Assembly: GCF_009914755.1 (NCBI RefSeq)
Contig: NC_060937.1
DNA length: 64,000 bases
Reading direction: 5' to 3' (one strand)
Source: the human T2T-CHM13v2.0 reference genome, Homo sapiens
This document shows, one piece after another, positions 25,801 through 38,610 of the stretch. Both the position numbers and the translations under genes were made by a program. The notes under the pieces are model-generated. The model had not been told where the DNA came from, did not search any database, and was given only the letters and a program-made list of their open reading frames with translations. Numbering within the stretch: position 1 is the stretch's first letter; each line of letters starts with the position of its first letter.

Positions 25801-26432
25801 TGAATCAGTTCAGCTTTGACCACAGACACAGAACCACTCTGGACTATACAAACTAAGAAAGTGATTATAGGGTTAGACCTCACTCAGTTGTGGGACTTGA
25901 TGGAGCAGTCTATGAAGGCTGATGCCTCTGCATCTAGTGTTGAGCCTAAAGCCATGCTAGGAGAGCCAGTCTACCAGTCAGGAAAGAAAGCTGGATATGG
26001 ATGAACACACTGCAACCTACAGGAATGTACTGAAATTCACAGGAAAACTAGAACTTGTCTCTAACCAACTCCAACCTTGATGCTGTAAGTGACCTGAGGG
26101 GAAGTTGGCACCTTTTCCCGTGGAATTGCACATGCACTTGGCCCGGAACTCTGAGATGCTGAAGGAGTGTCTCCAGATATGAAAGAACCACAGATCCAGA
26201 TGCTTCCCCATTCCCACAAGGCGAGCAGGTGGATGACCATGAACCGCCACAGTGCTTGGCCCCTAAACTGATCTTCAGAGTGTTAAAAATATAGCTTATC
26301 TTTACTTCTGCCCTCCAAATCGTGTGCTAAATGATTCTGTGGCCGTTGTTAAACCAGGACCACATAGGAAGGGAGATTTCTGGGAAATGTAGCTCTGTCT
26401 TAAATAAATTGAAACAGTACAAAGCTGCCACA
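25801..26432 (-). mobile_element. old ERVL solo LTR (LTR50-like)
   Basis: Minus strand starts TGTGGCAGCTTTGTAC...CTACATTTCCCAGAAATCTCCCTTCC and ends ...GAACTGATTCA. Confidence 0.65.
26088..26264 (+). pseudogene. decayed apolipoprotein A-IV (APOA4-like) coding fragment embedded antisense in the LTR
   Basis: 26102-26167 translates KLAPFPVELHMHLARNSEMLKE versus recalled human APOA4 [22 protein letters not shown] (14/22 identical); flanking colinear blocks SDL/[21 protein letters not shown] and [18 protein letters not shown]. Confidence 0.75.
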
Positions 26433-26841
26433 AAAAGCCATTAACACTTTTTGTAAATACCAAGGATAAGTCACATATAGTAATACAGAAACACTATAAA
26501 CAAATTTTCCCACTATGTATGTTTTTGAAACCCTACATCTGTAGGATTCTTTATGGAGAAAAAAGTACAATGTCTAGGATTCATTGGTCAAATCCCATGA
26601 CCCTGTCATGTAGTGTTACAACACACATTAACTTAGAAATGTTGAGAGAAGTCCTGAGCCCTGCTTACCTTAGTTTAACCCAGTGTCACTCAAATTAATT
26701 TGTCCACCAAACTTGTTTTCCCCCTCATAATAACAACATCCTTTAAGACTACACTGCACAAAATAAACATTGTTTTCACACTGCCTTAGAGAACTAATGA
26801 AAACAAGGATGGTAAAAAGCGTCTACCTCACATGCTTCAAT

Positions 26842-27183
26842 TGTGTCTTAGTCGGTTTGGGCTACTATAACAAAATATCATTAACTAGGTGGCTTCTGAA
26901 CAACACAAATGTATTTCTCACAATTCTGGAGGTTGGGAAGTCCAAAGTATGGCTCTGGCAAATCTAGCATCTGATGAGGGCCTGTTTCACAGTTAGGCTT
27001 TCTTGCTATGTCTTCACATGATGGAAGAGACAAATGAGTTAAGAGCACTGATATCATTTGTGAGGGCTCCACGCCCATGACCGAATCACCTCCCAAAAGG
27101 TCCCACCTCCTAACACCATCACGTTAAAGATTAGGATTTCAATATATGATTTTTTTAGGGAAATAAACATTCAGCCCATAACA
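26842..27183 (-). mobile_element. MLT1A-type MaLR solo LTR
   Basis: TGTCTTAGTCGGTTTGGGCTACTATAACAAAAT...TTTCTCACAATTCTGGAGG...AAACATTCAGCCCATAACA. Confidence 0.8.
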
Positions 27184-28641
27184 AAGTGGGCTTAAAGCAG
27201 GGTGTTTAAAATATTTGGTAGTCTGAATGGAAAATCAGTGGGGAAAACCATGATCATTGGTAATGTCTGCTCTAGTCACAGAATGGAGAAAAAGATGGCA
27301 AAGGTATATTTGCTAACACTGACCTCTGTAGCAATAACCTTAACCGGCAATGGGACAAGATTATCAGGTCTATAGCAAAGGGGAAATACTGAACCCCATG
27401 AAACCTGCTAAAAAATGGACATTATTCTTCTAAACTGATTTCCTATACCATTTCATTTCTTTGCTCAGTTAGCTAATTCATATGACTAGATGGATTTTAT
27501 TCCTAGGCAACCTTTCATACCTTCTCTAGTGAGACCAAATATTGGCTAAACCTATTTAAGAGTTCCTCTATTTAGTTATATTCATTAATATAATAAATAT
27601 ATGTATCTCAAGTATCTATTTTGCCGTGATTTATCCTGAGTTATACTTTGACAAACTATTCCCTTCCTAAAATATTAAAGTCAAATTGTTTCATTTACGA
27701 GATGAAACAGATGTGGTTTGTCTTCAAGTGTCATCAGTGTCTATAGATCAGTTTTAGGTAATAATATTAACAGCAATTAATATTTGCATGGGACATTGTT
27801 ATTTACAAAGCAATTTCGCATGCTTTGTCATATTAACAGGTTTAGATATAATTTCATATGTTCAAAAAAATTAAAAATGTAAATATGCCTATGAGGATAT
27901 ATTTTTCACTACAGTTCTCCACATTTTAGAACTCTGGATGAGGCTGAAAGGTAAAAATATAGAGCCACTCTAGCTGAATGCTCACTTGCCTACATGACAG
28001 TCTCCTTAATAAGCAGATATTGCTGCAGAACAGTGAAATGTTACAGTTGCCTTGTTTATTCAAAGCAACACAGAATTCTATTTTTGGTCTCATTCAAAGT
28101 GAACTCAGAAATTCAAATAGAAATTTGAGCAAGCAGAAGTATTTCCTGGTGTCCACTAGAAAAGTTGAGTTCATGATGAAAGCTGCTAGGTCAAGTTTCA
28201 CACCAAGTAGAAAGCTACTGATTCCACAAATATAAGCTTTAAGTACAACAGATCTCTGTAAATTTTAAAGTTCCACATTTAAGTTTTGATTTCTAAAAGC
28301 CATGAAAAGCATCATGGTTTTAGAATCACTTCTCAATTCATGGGCAAGAATACATCTTAAATATACACATTCATGATGACAGAGAAGGCCGTTTATTTGC
28401 CTACATGCCATATTAAAAAAGTAAATATTAACCTACTAAATGCTGAACAATTTCAACTCTACCCATAATCATAAAAAAGGCTTACCTTAAGATAGTACAA
28501 GTGCTGACCTAAAGAAATAAATGGGTAAAATGGCAACCTGCACTCTCCAAGGTCACAAATGGCGCTCTGACAGAAGCATGATAAAAATTTTGTGGAAAGC
28601 CTGGATACTATTCTTGCTGATGATGTCCTCAAAAACGCTCC

Positions 28642-29097
28642 TGTCACAGATGCTGCTGCTGCCCCCAGATGTGCTTCTCTGTGGCGATCTACCCATGCCC
28701 CTGTTGTATGAGTGTTGGCTGCTAAAGGCTCATCCCTCATCCTGTTCCAGAGACTACCCTTGACTGGTTGGAGCTAACTCACCTTGGGACTCCTGGGAGG
28801 TAGCATCTTCCCCGCAAAGATGGCCAATGGCAAATACCAACTGACTTGAGGTACAACAGCTCAGCCCCCTTACCTCTGGGCAAAAGACCCTGGGGTGCAA
28901 CTCATGCTGCAGAGCTTGCTATGGAATTACGCTGAGGCTAGATTCCTCCTGAAACTATATTTTTGCTTAGCTTACTCTTCGGCCCTATCCTGTTTCCCTC
29001 AGTTTCTTACAGGTTGCTCCTGAGAGCACACCCTCAATAAATCAATTACATTAGTATCTCCAATTCAAACTTATCTTCTAAGGAAATCTAACAAGAA
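28642..29097 (+). mobile_element. LTR16-family ERVL solo LTR
   Basis: GCCCTATCCTGTTTCCCTCA...CTCCTGAGAGCACACCCTCAATAAATCA 3' region. Confidence 0.65.
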
Positions 29098-29159
29098 ACT
29101 ACCTCAGACATTTCAATATTCATTGCTGATGATAATACAGTTTCCAAAACTGGCACTAA

Positions 29160-30739
29160 AATGTAACATGGCACTAATAGATAATTGAAAAAAAAAAGAA
29201 GAGCCAGAAATAGACCCACAGTCTTATGACCAGTTGAATTTCAACAGCAGTATCAAAGCAACTCAATAGGGGAAGGAAAATGGTTTCCAAAAATGTGCTG
29301 GAAGAGTTGAATAGCCACATGGGAAAAAAATTAACCTTGACCCCTATCTCACATCATATGCAAAAAATTAATTTGAGATGCATAATGGATCTAAATATGA
29401 GTTAAAACTATAAAACACTTAGAATAAATGTACGGACATGTTATCTCCATACATTTGATATTTGATTTTTTTAACCACCCCCCCCGCCCCCCGACATTTA
29501 AAAGAATAGTCAGTGGTAGGAAAGGAAGGAAGCATAGATGAAAGAAGAATGGCAGAATACTGATCATTGATGAGCTAGGTAATGGGGGAAGGGTTCATAT
29601 GCTACTTTGTTTATACATGTACATGTATAATCCCATATATGGTGAATTGATTTTCAACAAAGGTACAAGGGGAATAAATGATCTTTTTAACAAATAGTAA
29701 TGGAACAACTGGATATCCATATAAAAAAATGAATTTAGGATATTTTCAACATATGATGGGTTTTGCCAAGCATAAGTCCATCATAGGTCAAGGAACATCT
29801 ATATTCTGTTTATTTTCTATAATTGAAAAGTATTTTTTAAGTAACATAGCAATCCTACTGACATCACACAAAAATTCATTCTAAATGGTTCATAGACCTA
29901 AACATAAATCCTAAAACTAAAAAACTTCTTGTAGAAAATATAAGATAAAATTTATACAACTTTAAAGAAGACCAAGGCTTCTTAGGACACCAAAACGTGA
30001 ACCATAAAAAATGTAATAGATTGGTTTTCATCAAAATTAAAAACCTCTGCTCTTCAAAAAACACTGTTAAGAAAATGTAAAGGAGACCAACAACCAGAAG
30101 AAAATGGTCTCAGTGCATATTTCCGACAAATAACATGCATCCAGAACATATGAGAAACTTCATGATAGGAAGGCCAAAAACCCAGTAACATCATAGGGAG
30201 ATTTGAACATTTACTTCACACAAGAAGATGTAGGAATGGCCAGTAAGAGCACGAAGAGATATTCAACCTCACTGTTATCAGGGAAATTCACGTTAAACCC
30301 CAAGATAGCAATATAGCCACTATTATGGCTAATAGTGAAAATGTCTAACCACTCCAAGTATTGCTGGGTATAGAGCAACCAGCACTCTCATACACTGCTG
30401 GTGAGAATATAAAATCAAACAACTGTTTTGGAAGAAGATTTTGTAGATTCTTATAAACGTAACTGTACAAAAACTCAAAAGTTTACACACAGGAATTTAC
30501 CCCAGAAAAAAAGTAGAAAATATTTAAAAAAATTTTTTACATGAATGAATATGGCAGTTTTGCTCATAACAGCCAAAACTAGAAGTAGTTCAACTGTCTA
30601 TGACTAAGTGAGCAGCTGAACAAATTGCGAGTATACCCATACAATAAGAGAATAGGGTGAGGCATAGATGAAACATGAAAGGCAGAATGTTGATAGCTGT
30701 AGAATCTGATTAATAGATTTGTGGGGTTTCATTATGCTA
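29160..30739 (+). mobile_element. old L1M (L1MC/ME-like) ORF2 3' and 3'UTR fragments from at least two insertions
   Basis: CCAGAAATAGACCCAC and TTGATTTTCAACAAAGGT ORF2 motifs; two separate GCATAGATGAAA...GGCAGAAT 3'UTR pieces. Confidence 0.7.
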
Positions 30740-31119
30740 CAGATGATCCCCAATTTATGATGGTTCAACTTATGACTTTTCAACTTTACCATGGTGTGAA
30801 AGTATACTCATTCAGTAGAAACTGCACTTCAGATTTTGAATTTTCTTGGACTAATGATGTGTGATATGATACACTCTTTTTATCCTGGGCAGCAGTAGCT
30901 GCCATTAAGTCATGTGATCATGAGGATAAACAACCTATACTTTACAGTATCCTGTGTTGCCAGATAACGTTGCCAGCTGCAGGCTACTGAAAGTGTCTTG
31001 AGCACATTTAAGGTCAGCTAGGTTAAACTATGATGTTTGGTGTATTTTTGACTTAGGATATTTTCAACATAAGATGGATTTTGCCTGTTGTAACCCCATC
31101 ATAGATCAAAGAGCATCTA
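30740..31119 (-). mobile_element. MER47B-like TcMar-Tigger MITE
   Basis: TIRs CAGATGATCCCCAATTTATGATGG / CCATCATAGATCAAAGAGCATCT; TA on the left flank. Confidence 0.8.
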
Positions 31120-32049
31120 TGTTGTTTACTTTCTACACATTTGAGATTTTTCCATATTAGTAAGCATTTTTAAAGTAAAATGCCAATAATTTTCAAAATT
31201 ATTAAAACGATCTGTTCATTGATCTTATAATTCCCCTTCTGAAAAACTTATAGAAAATAATCAAAAAGCAGATATATGCATCAAAACACTCATTTAATCA
31301 GACTTACAATGTTGGAAAAATGGGAAAGAGCCCAAATGTGGAAAAACAAATTAATGTTCAAGAAATCATATGTACTCTATAAAATACGATTTAGCCATTA
31401 ACATTCATTAAAACAAACAATAGCTAACATTTATTGTGAATTGTCAATGTCCTAGGCCCTATTGTAAGCACTTTAGTTGGCCTACCTAATTTAATATGAA
31501 TCATAGGTAAGAACGTTAGTTCATGTAACAAATATTATCTACCACACACACCAGGACTATGCTAGAAGCTGGAAATACAAGAATAAGCAAGAAAATGTTA
31601 TCCTTAGTCTCAAAGAGCTTTGGAAAGTCTATTGGAAGATGTGGATAAATACAGAAGCAATTACAATGCCACATAATAAACGCACTGATGTAGGAAAATG
31701 CTTATGTTTTTATTTAAGCAGCAAAGTGAAGGTTTAAGTATGGTTCCTATGTGATGACAGATATGTAAGGGAACCAGGATTAAAAGAAAAAAGTTTGATT
31801 TCTCTAGGTGATATAATTACAGAATAACTATTTAATTTTTATTTTGAATTCCATTAGTTTTGCAACAATATTTTAGTGTCATAAAATGAAATCACCTATA
31901 TATAACTGGATCAACTTCTTAAGCAGATTTTGTTATATAGTATTTTTATTTTTTAATCAAATTAGTTTGGAAAATTTTTCTTGGGTTTCTCTTACTAATC
32001 ACTGTAATAGAAAATGTATGTCTTGGTCCTGACTCTCTGTATACTGAAA

Positions 32050-32150
32050 GTCTGGCTGCACATGAGAATCAGCAGGGGATTTTAAAAAATCTAATGATGA
32101 CTGCGTCCCACCCTCAACCAGTTAAATTCAAATCTTTAAGGAAAAGACCC
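32050..32150. mobile_element. MER5-like fragment
   Basis: TGGCTGCACATGAGAATCAGCAGGGGATTTTAAAAAAT...CCCACCCTC. Confidence 0.5.
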
Positions 32151-35100
32151 ACTGATCCACTGGCAGAGCAATGGGTCACTTTTTCAATTTTTTCTTAGAT
32201 CTCCGTTGAGCTCTTTCCACTCGCAAAGTTTTATCACCATAATTTTTTTTGACTGGGACGATAATTAAATTTACTGATGTAGATACTTCAAAAAGTGATT
32301 TTACACAAAAATATAGACCTTTTATTCATTCTTGCATATTCTAAATGTGTGTGCTCCAGAGAGTGTGCCTTTTAGATTATTTACCACATGCAAAATGACA
32401 ACAGGTTGCCAAGCACAACTAAGAACAAAAGGTAGGTATTCTCTCCAACCAGTATTTTCATCATTCCTCAATTCACAGAAAAGACCCTATATACCAAAGA
32501 GAATGGAGAATGCACACAAACTAAAATAAACATCAGAGCTCAGGGAGGAACCAGGAAACGGCAGGCTCAAGGTATGGCTGGTCTTGTTACAAGTGAAATG
32601 ACAGTTCTCTCGGCCCACCTCTCCCTTACATCCTTCCAATAATCCAGTGTACCAATTCATACTTCCACATAAAGAAATGAGATTACTCAACAGGTGAATG
32701 ATGTCAATATCACCTTCTTCCTTTTGAGCTACGATTTTTCCTCCACGGAGAACACAGCTGCTCACCCTCGCCTGTGATTTTGTGGGCTGTTGTGGTGAAT
32801 ATTCGGGACTGATGGTGTGGAAGGCAGGGATCATAACTATTTAACTTGCTTGATACAGTACTTAGCACAGTGACACTTGCCTGTGGATGCCTAATAAGCC
32901 ACGGAGTAAAATTAGCCTAATCCTGCTCAGATTCTTTGTTTCATCAGCCTTTGGGGAGACAATGATAATTAGTTGAAATAGCTGGAGAATAACACTTAAT
33001 CATGGAAAACCAATGCAGAAAGATTATCACAAACAAATTGTCTTTGCCTAAAGTACATTTCCATCTGAGAAAAAGAGCAAAATTAAGCAACTGCAAAGTC
33101 CTCCAAGCTTTATGTGCCAAAATACAGAGATTTTTTTCTCCTTCTTTTTAATATAATCGCTCTGGGCAGACCTTTGACTCAAATTCTCAGATGGGTCAAG
33201 CTTTCCTCTGACTTTAGCAAATAATTAATGTGAGATTTTTTTTCTAGAAACTGTCACAGTTTATTTTAATCATTAACATAAAATGTAATTAAATGCACAG
33301 CAACGACTCTCAATTAATTGCTCGATTCTTTCAGGTTAAAGATAAGCACATTTTCTTATATAAAGACAGACCAATATTTTGCTTTTGATACACTGACTTG
33401 CCTGATGCTCAACACAGTAACTAAAAACAAAAAGAAACAAAACAAGCTTTATCTAAAACAAGGAAACTGGTGCAGTTGCTTGGGTTCAAATTAAGCACCT
33501 TTCTGAAAATTAAAAGTATGATTACATAAGAGTATGGTTATAAAGCGTGGGTGGTTAGATAATCAGAATTGCAGAGTAGTTCCAAGTTCTCCTTTTCTCA
33601 TCCTAGACAGCCCTTCAAGGGTTGCCGAAGACGATTAAGGTGTCACTTAATGGAAAAATTCGTTTCATCCCAAAACTTAGACTCAAAGTAGGGAACCTTT
33701 TCCATATACTTCAACCAGCACAGCAATACTGAAACACAAACCCAAAGAAATATTAGCTGGAACACATTTTGAATAGTTTCTTTTTATTTCCATGCAGTCA
33801 TTTTGTCACGATGATAAGTTCCAAGGGCTGCAGCTCCCCATCCCACACAAGGCACAGCGTAGGCGTGAGGTGTGAGGGCTGCTCCTGTCTGCAAACTTCA
33901 TCACCAGGGCTGCAACGAGGCCTGGATGGCTTGAATTGTTCTCTTATTTCCTTTTACTTTGGAAAGTATTTAACAGGATTAATGACTGCTTTAGTCTAAT
34001 GGCTATGGAAAACGATGACTATCGCCTTTCTATATATGATCTTTAATAATATTGCAAAGACCAAGCTGTGGAAGAGAAACAGACTGCACTTGTAGAGCAC
34101 CTATTACTGCACACCTCCAGGGTGAAAAAAGCAGGAGTGGGAGGCCCACCTACAGAACTGGAATGCTGGGAAGCCAGAGATGGAGACAATAAAATAGATT
34201 CCATGGAGCCATCTGCTTTTGACAGAGCTTGCAACCGTGTCAGCCGAGAAAATTATTTCAGAGGCACAGGCTGAAAATCAGCTCTGACCTCTCAAGAGAA
34301 AAGATCAGTATCACTTCTCCTGCTACAGCTGGTTTCACATAACCCCCCCAGGTAATGTTCTCAGAGTTCTATCCTTTTTTTATTTGGCTGCACACATCCT
34401 TTTGCCTTTGAGGTATGAAATACACAGGACTACCTGAAGCCTGGCTTTGAAAGGAGTGGATCAGAAGCTCTCTTTCTACTGTGGTTTGTGGTTTAAAAGC
34501 ATACACACTTGGTTGTTTGGGGATTGCTACAGGGTGTTGTATTTAGTATTTAAGGTATTGATTACGTGAATGGACAATGCCTTGAACTAGACTTCATGGA
34601 TGTTAGACAGAGTGGAGCTGAAACCTAAGGCCTAAAATAGTGTGATTTGTTCTGCAGAGCTTGCATAGTCTCTGACACAGAGTAGCTGTCCAGAAAAGGT
34701 GGTGAGAATGAATAAATGAACAGAGGAAGAAATGAATCCAGTTGGGCCCACAAAATAGTAAATGAGGGGCAAACACCCAGCACTTACTATTCTACGTGCC
34801 TGGGGCTCAGCTTCTATTCACCTGTTTCTGCTCAGCTTTCCTTTCCCTCCCTTTATAGCTTCACTGCAGGCCCCAGGCTCTCTTCTTCACCAGGCCTGTG
34901 GTTCCTTCGTAACTTCCTGAAATTCCCTCACACCCCACCCCTCCTCCTGACCCCCACCCCCGTCGGTCTCATGTGATGCCTCCAAAGAGACATATGAAGA
35001 GTTGGTCAACTCTGAGCATATCTGCTTCAAAGACAACCTAAAATAATGGGGCCAAATCATAAATCACAGTCCCTGTCAGTGTCAGTTTTTTATTCCTAAC

Positions 35101-35246
35101 AATCAATTTTCTCTCATATTATGGCATTTTAAACTATTCTAGGCTGCTTCTATGAAATAATTTATTAATTATTTGAGTATTTCAAAAACAATGGTAGGAT
35201 TTGTGTTCATAACCTACAGTCTATGTGGTCACTATCACTATTTTTA

Positions 35247-35570
<324 letters not shown>

Positions 35571-36062
35571 CTATTTTCTGTGGAGTGATCCCAGTTCAGG
35601 GAATCCAGTTGTGCCTGAGTGTGGGTCTCTGCATGGATTCAGAAACCAGAATCACAGGAGTATTCTAGTGGTGGAGTCAGATATATGACAAGACAGCTCC
35701 AAAAGGATGCACCTGAACTGTCTGTAAGTAATGCATTGAGCAGCATTCTTCATCTTGAGCAAATGGGCTTTGAGAATTGTTTTAATGTCATGCATCAAAC
35801 TCTTCAAACAATTCCACATTTCTCTGATTCTCATTCTAATTTTCATCCAGAAATCAAACAGAAGAGTCTATTATATCAGATTTAACTTTTATAAGGTGGG
35901 AAAGAAAGCAAGATAAATTGAATGTAGACACTTTCAAGGCAATCTTTTGCCTCAAATGAATTTAATTTTTAAAATAATATCCAACAATGGTAACATTTGT
36001 GTTTTGAGATTGATTATGGTTCCTCAAAAGTGAGCTATAGATGAGAAAAGATGGAACCAGCC

Positions 36063-36636
36063 TGTGATGGTTAATACTCAGTATCAACTTGATTGGATTG
36101 AAGGATGCAAAGTATTGATCCTGGGTGTGTCTGTGAGGGTGTTGCCAAAGGAGATTAACATTTGAGTCAGTGGACCGGGAAAGGCAGACTCACCCTTAAT
36201 CTGGGTGGGTCTAATCATCTAATCAGCTACCAGAGTGGCTAGAATATAAAGCAGGCAGAAAAACATGAAAAGACTCATCTGGCCTAGCCTCGCAGCCTAC
36301 ATCTTTCTCCCATGCTGGATGCTTCCTGCCCTCGAACATCAGACTCCAAGTTCTTTAGTTTTGGGACGCGGACTGGCTCTCCTTTCTCCTCAGCTTGCAG
36401 ATGGCCTATTGTGGCACCCTGTGATAGTGTGAGTTAATACTTAATAAACTAAATTAATATATATAGTATTATTAATAATAATAATACTATACATATATAA
36501 TGGGGAGTTTATTAAGTATTAACATATATATACTATAACATATCCTATTATATATATAAGTTAATCCTATATTAACATATTTATATATATATATACCTTA
36601 TTAGTTCTGTCCCTCTAGCGAACCCTGACTAACACA
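36063..36636 (+). mobile_element. MLT2A (HERV-L) solo LTR
   Basis: TGTGATGGTTAATACT...CAACTTGATTGGATTGAAGGATGC start; ...GAACCCTGACTAACACA end; perfect TSD CAGCC (36058-36062, 36637-36641). Confidence 0.93.
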
Positions 36637-38364
36637 CAGCCCTCGAGGTTGACAACATGCATTGCTTGTCTGGTCACCTAAGAGTTTTGTATTCCAAACT
36701 TAATTTTCACCTTGTCCCCCAGGGTTTTAGTTGCTTCTAGTGTTTTTAGCAGGTAGTGTCTCAGCTTAAGCACAGTATGATTCAGGCATGTGCCAGAAAG
36801 CCAGGAGTTAAAGCAGAGGCTGCAGGCATTACTTGAATGAAGGTTTAAAGGGACTCTAGCTGGAGATGAGAGGTGACACGATTAAAAAGGAGAAAAAAGA
36901 GGAGATGGGAGGGGCAGAAATATGGTTCAAGGATAAGAGGCCAGTCGCTGGATGGTAAGGAAGCAGCATTCATTTTTCTGATAGCTCACAGGCTCAGCTC
37001 CCCCAGGGACTCAACCAAAGGGGACCAGTGAAACCCAAGGGTCTAGATTTTTTTAACTATAATTTTAATGGGCATGGTGACGGCAAGATTATCCCCTATA
37101 TTTGTGCCAGAGACTGCTACTTCTTCTGTGCTGGAAAATGATGCATGTTCTATAAAACAAGAATAGCAAGAAAAAATATTTTTGCCATGCTTATTTGGCC
37201 CCAGGTAGTGTGCTAAGTGCCTTATGTATACTGTGGATATATGAGACATCAGCAGTCTCAACCTCAGGAATTCTCAGCCTCAGCCCAGGCATGGAGGGCA
37301 GCACTTACAGCTCTGGTATATTCAGGAATCCCCAGGAGCAAGACATCTTCAGGGAACATCTGTGCCATAGATGCTGATTTTGACATCAACAGTAGCCAGC
37401 CTCTAAGATAGCAGTGATCACCTCCTGGTTTTCGTTCCATAATGCAATCCCCTTCCATAAGTAAGGTTGACCTATGAAACCAGCAGAATATTGTGGAAAT
37501 GTTAGTGTATGACTTCTCAGGCTAGGTCATAAAAGACATTGCAGAGATAATTTTTTTTCCTTCTCTCTCTTGGATCACTTGCTCTGTGACAAGTCAGCTG
37601 CCATGAACACTCAAACAGTCCTATGATAGGACATGTGGTAAGGAGCTGAGAGCTCCTGCCAAAAAGCCAGTGACAAATTGAGGTTTTCTGCCAACAACCT
37701 TGAAAGTGAGCCATCTTGGAAGCAGAGTTTCTAGCCCTAGTCAAGCCTTCATCCCAAGCCAAAAATTTAACATCAACCTCATGAGTGATTTTAAGTCAGA
37801 ACCATTCAGTCTAGCTTTCTGAATTTCTTACCAAAAAAAAGTGAAATGATCAGTGTTTATTAATTTAAGTTTATAAGTTTTGGAGTACATTGTTATATAG
37901 CAATAGATAACTAATACAGACTTGGGTACTTTAGTACTTGGAATTGAGGTACTGGAAAAATAAATAACTCAAAATATGAATGTGGCTTTGGAAAAGGCAG
38001 TAAGCAGAAGATGGAAAGCCTTTAGGAAAAGTATTATGAAACACCAAACACATGTAAAAACACTGTTATTAGAAGCCATTTGTATTTGAGAAAGGTATGA
38101 ATAGAGGCTTAAAGGAGATATAGGAAAAAGTTAGTGAAAAGCGGGGGAAAGGGGATGCTTGTTATCTAGCATCAGAAAGTTTAACAACACTATTTCCTGC
38201 AGTTATGCGAAAAGTAGAAAATGTACCACATGAGTGGCATGACCTAGCAAAGGAGATTCCAAGACGGAGTGTAGAAGGTGCTACTTGTGTGCTTCTTGCT
38301 GCATATTGCAAAATATAGACAAAGAGAAGCTAAAGGAAAGACTCGTCCTCTTCCCCTACCCCCA

Positions 38365-38610
38365 GCTTTTTAAGGTATAATTAACAAATAAAAATGGTGT
38401 ACAATGTAATGTTTTGATATATGTATACAATGATTTAATCAAGCTAATTAATATATTCATCACCTCACATACTTATCATAGTTTCGTGGTGATAACATTT
38501 AAGGTCTACTCTCTTAGCAATTTTCAACTGTACAGTGCATTATTAACTAGAGTCACCACACTGTACAGTAGATATCCAGAACTTATTCATCCTGTCTAAC
38601 TGAAACTTTG
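38365..38610 (-). mobile_element. L1MA 3' end inside the MLT1F internal region
   Basis: AATCAAGCTAATTAATATATTCATCACCTCACATACTTATC...CTACTCTCTTAGCAATTTTCAA...AACTGAAACTTTG. Confidence 0.8.
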
